From Pyrinomonadaceae bacterium (lineage in GTDB: Bacteria > Acidobacteriota > Blastocatellia > Pyrinomonadales > Pyrinomonadaceae), in assembly GCA_046313635.1 (NCBI GenBank), contig JBKBYA010000005.1, forward strand, positions 93,483-157,482: a DNA stretch of 64,000 nucleotides, in the 5' to 3' direction. Positions 19,665-28,228 of this stretch are shown in pieces; position 1 is the stretch's first letter, and each line of letters starts with the position of its first letter. The notes under the pieces were generated by a model that was not told where the DNA came from, made no database searches, and saw only the letters and a list, made by a program, of their open reading frames with translations. The translations under genes were made by a program, and so were the position numbers.

Positions 19665-20275
19665 ATTGCGAGGCCGGCGGAGCGTGCGGTGCGAAGCGCC
19701 GAGTCCAGCGGATCGGGATCAACCTCATCGATAAGGCCGATCCGCAGGGCCTCGCGGGCATCGACACGTCCGGCGGTAAAGAACATCTCGAGCGTTGCGG
19801 CCTCGCCGATCAGCCGCGGCAGACGCTGAGTCCCGCCCCAGCCGGTCATTATCCCGAGCTGCGCTCCCGGATGCGAAAAGACCGCATCCGGTGACGCGAC
19901 GCGCCGATCGCATGCCAGAGCAAGGTCGAGGGCACCGCCGAAACAAAAACCGTTGATCGCCGCGATCGTGATCTGCGAGAGGGCGGCGATCGTGTTCATC
20001 AGCCGCTGGCCGCGAAGGCCGAATTCCCTCGCTTCGTGCTCGCTTAGTGCAGCGATCTCGCGCAGGTCGGCACCGGAGGCAAAGCAATCTTCCTGGCCGG
20101 TAAAGATCACGCGTTCGATCGCGTCGCCCGTACGAGAGTTCAATTCGTCCAGCTTCTGCTGCACGACCTCGACCACCGCGACGCTCAGCGGGCTGCGCAT
20201 CGCAGGACGTGCGAATGTGACGACGAGAGTGTCGCCGGCTAGATCGAATAGAACGGCGTTAGACATCTCGCGCAT
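19661..20275 (-). CDS. Enoyl-CoA hydratase/isomerase family protein (short form)
   Basis: FASGADL, INGFCFGGALDLALACD, GWGGTQRLPRLIG; start 20275 or 20266. Confidence 0.88.
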   Translation of the reverse strand: MREMSNAVLFDLAGDTLVVTFARPAMRSPLSVAVVEVVQQKLDELNSRTGDAIERVIFTGQEDCFASGADLREIAALSEHEAREFGLRGQRLMNTIAALSQITIAAINGFCFGGALDLALACDRRVASPDAVFSHPGAQLGIMTGWGGTQRLPRLIGEAATLEMFFTAGRVDAREALRIGLIDEVDPDPLDSALRTARSAGLAI

Positions 20276-20294
20276 CGGTCTCAATAATAAAGCT

Positions 20295-20912
20295 ATGTTC
20301 AGGACCGACAAAGCACATCCATGGCACGGCATCCCCATCGGCGACGCGGCTCCCGACGAAGTAACGGTCTTTGTCGAGATCGTCCCGCGAGACACCGTCA
20401 AGTACGAGGTCGACAAAGAGACGGGATATCTCAAGATCGATCGGCCGCAGCAGTACTCGAATGTCGTTCCGGCAAACTACGGCTTTATCCCCCAGACCTT
20501 CTGCTCGGAGGCTGTCGCCGACCTCGCTCGCGCCAAGACCGACAAGACCATCAGCTCGGGCGACGGCGACCCGCTCGACATACTCGTGCTGAGCGAGCAT
20601 CACATTCCGCGCGGCGACATCATCCTCAAGGCGCGGCCGATCGGCGGCTTTTGCCTGATCGACGACAACGAGGCCGACGACAAGATCATCGCCGTGCTCA
20701 AGGGCGACAAGGTCTTTGAGCAGTATCGCGAGATCGCCGAGCTGCCGCGAGGCATACTTGAGCGGTTTGAGCATTACTTTCTCACCTACAAGTCGCTGCC
20801 CGACGAGCCAAACGTCTGCGAGATCGCGTACTCCTACGGGCGCGAGGCCTCGTACGACGTGATCCGTGCAGCTATTGCGGATTACGCCGAGCTTGTCGGC
20901 AAATTGAAATGA
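20295..20912 (+). CDS. ppa: Inorganic pyrophosphatase, family I
   Basis: HPWHG, VKYEVDK.TG, NYGFIPQT, DGDPLDI, DDKIIAV. Confidence 0.95.
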   Translation: MFRTDKAHPWHGIPIGDAAPDEVTVFVEIVPRDTVKYEVDKETGYLKIDRPQQYSNVVPANYGFIPQTFCSEAVADLARAKTDKTISSGDGDPLDILVLSEHHIPRGDIILKARPIGGFCLIDDNEADDKIIAVLKGDKVFEQYREIAELPRGILERFEHYFLTYKSLPDEPNVCEIAYSYGREASYDVIRAAIADYAELVGKLK

Positions 20913-21052
20913 AGCAGAAATGCCGATCGAACGTACCTTATCGTGCCGGCGGTGCGTCCGCCCTCGGTCGCCGGCAGGCGTCCAGGGCTCGCCTTCGAAA
21001 GCAAACCCATGGCCTCGAATAAAAGATATTCTCGGCGTGCGGGAGTTTTCTA

Positions 21053-21081
21053 TTGCTTTGGCCGACGGCATCGGTTAGCAT
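21053..21081 (+). promoter_or_regulatory. Putative sigma70 promoter of the M4 peptidase gene
   Basis: TTGCTT-N17-TAGCAT, about 165 nt upstream of the ATG. Confidence 0.5.
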
Positions 21082-21246
21082 CTTTTTCATCATTAGCGTA
21101 GCTTTGGGCGAATACGACCAATACTAATTCTCACTGTCGATAGATTCTCACTCGTTTCGCCCGCCCCTCTACGGCAATTTCCCCAATACGGCCTTATAAC
21201 CGGCGGGTTAAAGCCGGCATTTCAACTCAAGGAGAGTTACCGTTCG

Positions 21247-22866
21247 ATGTTAAGAAGGTTTGCCAATCTGGCCGCGGCCGTCTTTGCCGTGGCTGCCGTG
21301 TTTATATTTTCTTCTCCCGCGGTGGTCGGCCAAACGACCAGGACCAAAGCTATGCAGGCTGAAGCCGGCGCTCGCGGATTCCTCACCCGGTCAGGCATCG
21401 CCTCTGATCGTCTAGCTGCGCGTGCGGCCATCGTCGATGAGACTGGCAGCCACGTTCGGTTTTCTCAGCTGATAAACGGGATCCGCGTCTACGGCGGCGA
21501 CCTGATCACTCACCAGAGCGTCAGCGGAAAGTTCGCGAGCACGACCGGCGAACTTTACCGCGGCGAAGTTCCGCCGTCGATCGCGTCATTCGACTTTACG
21601 CAGGCTGAGGCATTTGCCGCCCGCGAAATGTGGGACGCGACTTCGGTCAGCGCAGAGCTCGTCTATTATCCGCAAGGCGTCAAACTCGTACTCGCATATA
21701 TGGTCGATATCTCGAATACCGACCGCAACACAAACGATCCGCGCCGCGAGATGGTCGTGCTCGACGCATTCACGGGCGAGGTTATCGATCGCTGGAACAA
21801 TCTACAGACGGCATCAGCTCTCGGCACGGGATACGGATTTTACGCGGGCCAGGTCACCAACTTTGCGATCGACAACACATCGGGCACCTACTACATGTTC
21901 GATGTGCCGAATAACGGCAAAACGACCGACTATGCAAACAAGTCCTGCCCCGTCACCGGCTGCCGTTCGACGGGTACGGTCTTCTCGTCGTCGGACAACA
22001 TCTTCGGAACTAACGGCGCCCTTTCAGATCGTCAGTCGATCGGCGTCGACGCTCACTATTTCGCGGCCCTGACGCTGTCGTATTACCTCAACACATTCGG
22101 CCGAAACGGCATCGACAACGCCAACAACAAGAATCTGAAGTTCGGCTACATGGTCTCACGCACCCACTACGGCAATAGTTACAATAATGCCTACTGGGAT
22201 GGCGCTTCGATGACTTACGGCGACGGCGACGGTACTACGTACCGGCCTTTCGACGCTTTGGACGTGGTCGGCCACGAGATGACGCACGGCATAACCGAGC
22301 GGACCTCGAACCTTCAGTACTCCAACGAGTCCGGCGCGGCGAATGAATCGTTCTCCGACATCTTCGGCGTCACGATCGAGTGGAAGGCGGGCACGCTCAC
22401 CGGCGCGGGCGGCACGAGCTACCCGGCGGACTGGTGGATCGGTGAGGACCTTTACTACTCGAACAATCCTTCAAACCCGACGCGCGGCATCCGCAACATG
22501 GCCAACACGCATCAGGAGGGCGATCCCGATCACTACAGCGAGCGTTACACCGGCACCGGCGACAATGGCGGTGTGCATACGAATAGCGGCATTCAGAACT
22601 TTCTCTTCTACATGCTCGCTCAAGCAGACGGCACGTTTACGCCGCACCACCTCGGAGGCGGCGGCACGGGTATCGGCCTCGACGCCGCGGCAGCGGTCGC
22701 TTACGATGCAGACACCAAGTACTGCCGATCGACCGATACCTATGCAAAGGTCGCAGGAGCTTGGGTCAGCGCCGCCAAGGCGCGCTTCGGCGCCGGATCG
22801 GTACAGGCAAACCGCGTATACAGCGCATGGCAGACCGTCGGAGTGACCCCTTCGGTCACACCGTAA
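21247..22866 (+). CDS. M4 family (thermolysin-like) metallopeptidase precursor
   Basis: AAGGAG RBS, signal peptide, FTP/PepSY-like propeptide, NNAYWDG, HEMTH, NESFSD, DNGGVHTNSG. Confidence 0.95.
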   Translation: MLRRFANLAAAVFAVAAVFIFSSPAVVGQTTRTKAMQAEAGARGFLTRSGIASDRLAARAAIVDETGSHVRFSQLINGIRVYGGDLITHQSVSGKFASTTGELYRGEVPPSIASFDFTQAEAFAAREMWDATSVSAELVYYPQGVKLVLAYMVDISNTDRNTNDPRREMVVLDAFTGEVIDRWNNLQTASALGTGYGFYAGQVTNFAIDNTSGTYYMFDVPNNGKTTDYANKSCPVTGCRSTGTVFSSSDNIFGTNGALSDRQSIGVDAHYFAALTLSYYLNTFGRNGIDNANNKNLKFGYMVSRTHYGNSYNNAYWDGASMTYGDGDGTTYRPFDALDVVGHEMTHGITERTSNLQYSNESGAANESFSDIFGVTIEWKAGTLTGAGGTSYPADWWIGEDLYYSNNPSNPTRGIRNMANTHQEGDPDHYSERYTGTGDNGGVHTNSGIQNFLFYMLAQADGTFTPHHLGGGGTGIGLDAAAAVAYDADTKYCRSTDTYAKVAGAWVSAAKARFGAGSVQANRVYSAWQTVGVTPSVTP

Positions 22867-22890
22867 AATGGAGCTGATCGACTCGCGAAT

Positions 22891-22918
22891 GGTGTCGCCT
22901 CAACGGCGGCACCTTTTT
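22891..22918 (+). terminator. Rho-independent terminator of the M4 gene
   Basis: GGTGTCGCC-tcaac-GGCGGCACC-TTTTT. Confidence 0.8.
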
Positions 22919-22936
22919 ATTGCGCATTTATTGCGC

Positions 22937-23058
22937 AAAAAAAGACTCCAGCAGCGGCCCCCATTCCGCCACCGGAGTCCTTGATGGATGACACCCCCGG
23001 CCCCCATTCCGAGGGTATCGGTGCCGGTTACGACAGCAGGGCGCTGCCTAGTCCGACG
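22937..23058 (-). ncRNA. Putative small RNA 2 (three hairpins, two AAUGGGGG loops, U-tailed terminator)
   Basis: Promoter at 23065-23093; hairpins containing the 14-mer at 22998-23011 and 22955-22968; terminator stem 22944-22979 followed by U7; no credible CDS. Confidence 0.65.
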
Positions 23059-23064
23059 AAGAAA

Positions 23065-23093
23065 ACAATAGCCTTTGTCTTAACGCGGGTCAA
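23065..23093 (-). promoter_or_regulatory. Sigma70-like promoter of putative sRNA 2
   Basis: Minus strand TTGACC-N17-TATTGT. Confidence 0.6.
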
Positions 23094-23146
23094 GTTGAGC
23101 CGCGGCGGCGCCCAGGACGTCCGCAGAAGAACGCCCTGAAACGCCG

Positions 23147-23269
23147 AAAAAAAACTCCGGTCACGTCTCCCACACCATGACCGGAGCCATTTGATTCCTC
23201 CGACGGCCCCCATTCCGCCGGAGGAATTACTACTTTTGCCGAAGCTCCGTCCGGCGACGTCCCTTCGAC
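23147..23269 (-). ncRNA. Putative small RNA 1 (three hairpins, AAUGGGGG and GUGUGGGAGA loops, U-tailed terminator)
   Basis: Promoter at 23276-23305; hairpin 23194-23227 containing the 14-mer at 23204-23217; terminator stem 23155-23186 followed by U8. Confidence 0.65.
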
Positions 23270-23275
23270 CCTCGG

Positions 23276-23305
23276 AAGATACTTCAGTCTTGGCGGGCCG
23301 GTCAA
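23276..23305 (-). promoter_or_regulatory. Sigma70-like promoter of putative sRNA 1
   Basis: Minus strand TTGACC-N18-TATCTT. Confidence 0.55.
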
Positions 23306-23363
23306 GCGAAGCTCAAGATCTTAACCCCGGACGGCGACAGATCGATCCGCTGCACATCCGTCA

Positions 23364-23380
23364 TCGGCACATTCATTGCA
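23364..23380 (+). promoter_or_regulatory. Putative sigma54 (-24/-12) promoter
   Basis: TCGGCACATTCATTGCA: GG-N10-GC, close to the TGGCAC-N5-TTGCA consensus; upstream of the lactonase-like gene. Confidence 0.6.
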
Positions 23381-23527
23381 CTCGGGCCTTGGGGGACAGC
23401 TCAGGACGCCGATTTCGTACGGAGAAAAAACGAAATCTGTCCTGAAACTTTAACAACGCGGCCCCGCCCTCGGCGGGACGGAGGGGTTTTGCTGTTTTCC
23501 GAAAAGATCGAGCACGGGGGAATTACA

Positions 23528-24720
23528 ATGAGGGTTTTTGAAACGCTTATCTGTGTGCTCCTGCTTACCCCATTAAGCTTGATGGCACAAGTATCGGATC
23601 ATCCGGCCGGAAGCGGCGGAATTATAAACTACGGCGGCGACGGTTCACGTCTGCCGGATTACAATCTTCGTTACGGCGCCGTTTATGTCATGACCAATCG
23701 TGAACAGAACGGCGTTTTGGCGCTCGCCCGCGAACCGGGCGGCTTTCTGATGCCGGTCGGCCATTTCTCTACCGGCGGTGCCGGAGACCCGACCGTCCGG
23801 CAGGCAGGCGAGACGCTGTACGACCCGCTTGCGTCGCAGCGGTCGCTTGTCATGGCCGACGATCATTCCCTTTTGATCGCCTGCAACGCCGGCGACAATA
23901 CGATAACTGTCTTCCGGATCGGAACTCGCCCTGACGCGCCTGCAGGTCATCGGCTCGGGCGGCAAACGCCCCGTGAGCGTAGCGGTCCGCGACAATATGG
24001 CGTACGTCCTCAACGAGGGCGAGACCGCGACACTCGCAGGATTTCGGATCGGTGAGGACGGCTTGCTCACGCCGCTCGAGAATGGCGTCACGGCGGTCGA
24101 TACGGGCCTTGCGATCGACGCCGGACAGCTTGCCTTCAGTCCTGACGGCTCATCGCTCTTGCTGACGGACAAGGCCAACGATCTGATCTACTCGTTCGCC
24201 GTGGACATCAACGGCCGCATCGGCGCGGTCGCAAAGATCCGCTCGGCCGGCAAGACACCCTTCGGCTTTGCATTTGACTGGACGGGCGATCTGTATGTCG
24301 CGGAGGCCTTCGGCGCGGAACCGCTTAAAGCGGCGACCTCGTCGTACAAGAGTGGGGGGACCTGGATCGCTTGGGGCCGTGACCGTCTCTGCCTCGGCCA
24401 AAGGGACGCGGGCCTGCTGCATCGCTCTAAGCCGCGACGAGCGCTACGCCTATGTGCTCAATTCGTCGAGCTCGACCATTTCGAGCTACGCCGTTAGCGG
24501 CGACGGCTCACTCCACCTGATCGACCCGGAGGCCGCGATTCTGGACGCGGGAGCATTCGGCGTTGCGCTCGCGACGACACCCGACGGACGCCTGCTCTAC
24601 GCGCTCGACAGCGCCGGTCACAGCCTCTTCGTCTTTCGGGTCGAGGGCAGCGGGAGGCTGGATCGGGTAGATAGATTTGTCGTGCTGCCCGAGGGTATGC
24701 AGGGGCTGGCCGTGCGCTGA
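23528..24720 (+). pseudogene. Secreted lactonase-family beta-propeller, broken by two apparent frameshifts
   Basis: Three overlapping ORFs (23528-24055, 23973-24497, 24268-24720) carry consecutive parts: GAVYVMTN, PLASQ.SL, NAGDNTITVFRI / SVAVR..AYVLN, FSPDG, TPFGFAF / ACCIALS.D.RYAYVLN, DGRLLY; shifts near 23925 and at the G-run near 24355. Confidence 0.75.
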
Positions 24721-24731
24721 AGCGGACGAAG

Positions 24732-24989
24732 CTATTTCTCGAGATCCTCGGTGATCGGCGCCGTCCGGGCGGCGTCCTGGACCTCGGTCAAATGTCGCGT
24801 CGTGGTCTCGGTCACGCTCGGCCCGGGCCCGCCGAGCCTCAGGGCCCCTCCGCGACCGGCGAGACGCTCCGGCGGACGATATTCGGCAGCGTAACGCTGG
24901 GGCCGTTCGGCTTCGGCCCTTTCGGTTAGCACGCCGACCGCGGGACGCAAACTCTTCGGGGGCCGGCCGGCCTCCGCTTTAAATGCCAT
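24732..24989 (-). CDS. Small hypothetical low-complexity protein
   Basis: ATG overlaps the carboxyltransferase stop; C-terminal PSVTETTTRHL segment; fills the gap to the convergent gene. Confidence 0.4.
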   Translation of the reverse strand: MAFKAEAGRPPKSLRPAVGVLTERAEAERPQRYAAEYRPPERLAGRGGALRLGGPGPSVTETTTRHLTEVQDAARTAPITEDLEK

Positions 24990-26667
24990 GAGGCAGGACG
25001 AACGGCCCGATGTGGGGCTGGTCGGTGTTGAGACACGTCTCGAGCGCAAGGACCAGGGCCGGCCGGGTGTCTTCAGGCGCGACGATGGCGTCGACGAGGC
25101 CGCGGGCGGCGGCGTGTTTCGCGTCGAGTTCGCGGTCGTAGGTTTGGCGGACCTTTTCCATCTCGGCGAGGAGCGCTTCGTCGGGCTCGCGGCCTTCTTT
25201 TTTAAGCCGCTCGAGCTGCGTTCCAAAGATCGCCTGCACGGCCGAGTCACCCTCCATCACGCCCATTCGCCCGGTCGGCAGCGTGAAGATAAAATCCGGA
25301 TCGAAGCCCTGGCCCGCCATCGCGTAGTAGCCGGCACCCGAAGCGTGATTGACCGTCAGCACGATCTTAGGCACGACGGCCGTCGCCATCGCTTCGACAA
25401 AGCGGGCTCCGGCACGGATGATGCCGCTGTGCTCGGCCTCGGCCCCGACCATGAATCCCGACACGTCCTGCACAAACAGCAGAGGCGTCTGATGACGATT
25501 GCAGTTCTCGATAAAATACGCCGTCTTCTCGGCCGACTCCGTGTAAACGATCCCGCCAAATCGCGGCGGCGAGCCGGGCTTTGCGCTCTTTGACATCCCG
25601 CGCGAATTGGCGATCACGCCGACAAGTATGCCGCCCACACGCGCCGTACCGCAGATCATCTCCTGCGCGTAGTCGGCCTGGAATTCGTCGAGCGTTCCCG
25701 CGTCCAGAATGCAGTCGAGCACCGCCCGCATGTCATACGGAGCGCGGTGATCCTCGGGAAGCAAATCGTAGAGCGGGCTCGTGTCAGTAGCCCGGACATC
25801 AGTAGCCCGCACGTCAGTTAGGGCTCCTGTTGGAGGCGTTGAGCCCTTACTTACGTGCGGGCTACCGACACTCGAGCCAGTCACACGCGGCAACTCGGCA
25901 ACTAACTGCCGGATCTTCTTGATGCATTCCTCGTCATTCGCCGTTCGATAATGCGCTACGCCGGAGATCGCGTTGTGCGTCATCGCTCCGCCTAAAGTCT
26001 CATTGTCGATCGTCTGTCCGGTCGCGCCTTTGACGAGATTGGCTCCGCCGAGGCCCATGAACGACGTTCCTTCGACCATCAGGATCACATCCGACAGCGC
26101 CGGCAGGTACGCGCCGCCCGCGACGCACATCCCCATCACGGCCGCGATCTGCGGCACCTTGAGATAGCGACGCATCAGCGAGTTGTAGTAAAAGATGCGT
26201 GCCGCGCCGTACTGGCCCGGAAAGACGCCGCCCTGATACGGCAGATTGACGCCCGCCGAATCGACGAGATAAATGATCGGCACGCGATTACGCATCGCGA
26301 TCTCCTGCGCGCGCAGGATCTTTTTGATCGTCTCGGGATACCACGCGCCGGCCTTGATGGTCGCGTCGTTTGCCACGACGACGCACTCGCGGCCCTCGAT
26401 CTTGCCCACAAGGGTCACGACCGCCGCCGCCGGAGCCTGACCGTTGTACTCGTCGTACGCGACAAACAGACCGATCTCCTGAGAGAAAGTGTCCTTGTCG
26501 AGGAGCAGCGCGATGCGCTCGCGGGCGGTGAGCTTGCCTTGCTTGTGAATGCGATCGATCTTTTCGCGGCCGCCGCCGAGCTTGAGCTGCTCCTCGAGCA
26601 GGCGAAACTCGTCGGTCAAGGCGCGCAAACGCGACTTAGGGCTTGAAGATGTGCTTGAAATTTTCAC
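24979..26667 (-). CDS. Acyl-CoA carboxylase subunit beta (carboxyltransferase; MccB/LiuB/AtuC-like), with an in-frame palindromic insertion
   Basis: GKLTARERI, VANDATIKAG, YLVDSAG.NL, G.CVAGGAY.PA, QDVSGFMVG..AE..GII, GAGYYAM. Confidence 0.95.
   Translation of the reverse strand: MKISSTSSSPKSRLRALTDEFRLLEEQLKLGGGREKIDRIHKQGKLTARERIALLLDKDTFSQEIGLFVAYDEYNGQAPAAAVVTLVGKIEGRECVVVANDATIKAGAWYPETIKKILRAQEIAMRNRVPIIYLVDSAGVNLPYQGGVFPGQYGAARIFYYNSLMRRYLKVPQIAAVMGMCVAGGAYLPALSDVILMVEGTSFMGLGGANLVKGATGQTIDNETLGGAMTHNAISGVAHYRTANDEECIKKIRQLVAELPRVTGSSVGSPHVSKGSTPPTGALTDVRATDVRATDTSPLYDLLPEDHRAPYDMRAVLDCILDAGTLDEFQADYAQEMICGTARVGGILVGVIANSRGMSKSAKPGSPPRFGGIVYTESAEKTAYFIENCNRHQTPLLFVQDVSGFMVGAEAEHSGIIRAGARFVEAMATAVVPKIVLTVNHASGAGYYAMAGQGFDPDFIFTLPTGRMGVMEGDSAVQAIFGTQLERLKKEGREPDEALLAEMEKVRQTYDRELDAKHAAARGLVDAIVAPEDTRPALVLALETCLNTDQPHIGPFVLPHGI
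25781..25871. repeat. In-frame GTAG-type REP-doublet-like inverted repeat inside the carboxyltransferase gene
   Basis: Left arm GTGTCAGTAGCCCG[GACATCAGTAGCCCG]CACGTCAGTTAGGGCTC, right arm GAGCCCTTACTTACGTGCGGGCTACCGACAC; 28/31 complementary after removing a 15-nt internal duplication. Confidence 0.85.
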
Positions 26668-26743
26668 GTTCCAGATGAGCGACCTCAGGCCGCAATGAGA
26701 TCTCGTCGGACGAGCCTGACTTCCGGGCCCGTCATTTACCGTA

Positions 26744-28228
26744 CTAGCGCAGCGTCAGACTGCCGACGTTGGTATCGCTGATCGCCTGGTCATTTACGCT
26801 GACTATCCGGAGCCGAGCCCGCCGTGTCGGGCCCCCGCCGACCGAGATGCTCTCGGCCCCGTCGTTTGGCGTGCTCGCGACTAGCGTCTCCCAGGTAACT
26901 CCCTCGTCGCGCGACAGCTCGATCCTGACGTTGCCGTTCACGTTGTCCGACGTCCAGGCGACGGTACGCCATATTCGACGAGGCAGCGCGTCGGCCCCGG
27001 CAAAGGTCGTCAGCGTGATGCTCGCGCCGCTGTAGCGGTAGTTCGCCATCACGTCGGCGGTATTGTCCATCGAACGCGCGTTGTCGCGTTCGTTGTGAAT
27101 GCCGGTGGCATATCCGCTGAATGTGACCGCGGGATTGGAAAAATAAGGTCGGCGCGTGCAGCCGCTCGGGCACGGGTCGGAATACGACATCACCGTGCGA
27201 AAGACACCGTTAACGTAATGACCGTATCCGTACGGGTATATCGCCGTGCCGCCATTCTCGGGGTTGTGATGGCTGCCCATGTTGTGCCCGAGCTCGTGTG
27301 CGAACGACAGATTGCCGACGGCACAGCTTCGGGCCGTGACCGTATAACCCGACTCGGAGGCTCCCGCCGTACCCGCGATGTAGCCGATGCCGCACACGCC
27401 GGTGACTTCGCCGATCATCGCGACGAGGTCCGCCTTGTGGGTATTCCTCAACGCCTGGATCGTCGCATTTGCCCGAAGGTTTGAAAGGTCCGTACTGGCA
27501 TTGCCGCTCTCGACATACATATGCTCGGCGGCGTGGACCATCCGTATCCGCTGACGCATACGGCTGTTGGCGTAAGCAAGATTTGCCGCGTCGACGGCCT
27601 GCTGGGCGAGCGCCTGGGCCTGAGCGTCGCCGCCGACAAAATTCTTGGTCGCGGTCGTATAGACCACAAGCACGTCGATCCGATCTCCGGAATCGACGCC
27701 GGCCGCAGCAGCGGCGCCGGACGCGGCCGGAAGGCCCTGCTTCGCCGCCGCGAGGCCGCCGCCGCATTCCGGATAAAGCCGCTGATCGACCTCAACGAGA
27801 AAGTGCCTGCCGCCGCGCGGGACGATCTCGTAAACGGCGTCGCCGGCCTGGATCAGACCCGAGACGTGACCCTTGCGAAACGTCAGCGACACGTCGCCGC
27901 CAAACTTGTCGGTCGTGAGCCGCCCGGTCCAGGTGTAATCGTCCATCGCGCGGGTCTCGACGTAATTGCGCGACGCGAGATGAATACTGCCGTCAAAGAG
28001 CGGAACGGCGATCAGGCGGCCGGACTCTCCCGCAATATTTGCGCCGCTGAATTCGATCTCGGCTTCCTGTACCGACGCGATCGAAGATCTGCTCTCCAGG
28101 TTCGGAGCGGCCGCCGTTTTGAGCACGAACAGGCTCTCTGGCACCGACCCGGCCGATTGAGCCGCAGCCGACGATGCAGAAAGCGTCATGGCGACCGATA
28201 GAAAGAGCGCGGACAAAAAACTCTTCAT
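26744..28228 (-). CDS. Secreted M12-like (reprolysin / peptidyl-Asp type) zinc metallopeptidase
   Basis: Signal peptide, ECG cysteine-switch-like motif, IDVLVVYT, HELGHNMGSHH, Met-turn RTVMSY, FSNP; C-terminal Ig-like domain. Confidence 0.9.
   Translation of the reverse strand: MKSFLSALFLSVAMTLSASSAAAQSAGSVPESLFVLKTAAAPNLESRSSIASVQEAEIEFSGANIAGESGRLIAVPLFDGSIHLASRNYVETRAMDDYTWTGRLTTDKFGGDVSLTFRKGHVSGLIQAGDAVYEIVPRGGRHFLVEVDQRLYPECGGGLAAAKQGLPAASGAAAAAGVDSGDRIDVLVVYTTATKNFVGGDAQAQALAQQAVDAANLAYANSRMRQRIRMVHAAEHMYVESGNASTDLSNLRANATIQALRNTHKADLVAMIGEVTGVCGIGYIAGTAGASESGYTVTARSCAVGNLSFAHELGHNMGSHHNPENGGTAIYPYGYGHYVNGVFRTVMSYSDPCPSGCTRRPYFSNPAVTFSGYATGIHNERDNARSMDNTADVMANYRYSGASITLTTFAGADALPRRIWRTVAWTSDNVNGNVRIELSRDEGVTWETLVASTPNDGAESISVGGGPTRRARLRIVSVNDQAISDTNVGSLTLR

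Noticed and set aside
21064..21080. CGGCATCGGTTAGCA as a sigma54 promoter
   Set aside because: GG-to-GC spacing is 9 nt rather than the required 10; a sigma70 reading fits.
22944..23227. Repeated 14-mer considered as a CRISPR array
   Set aside because: The repeat is too short, spacing is irregular (43 and 206 nt), and there are no cas genes; hairpin-loop RNA explains it better.
23028..23445. Short ORFs 23028-23213, 23090-23305 and 23191-23445 overlapping the putative sRNAs
   Set aside because: No convincing RBS or motifs, and they cross predicted promoters and terminators.
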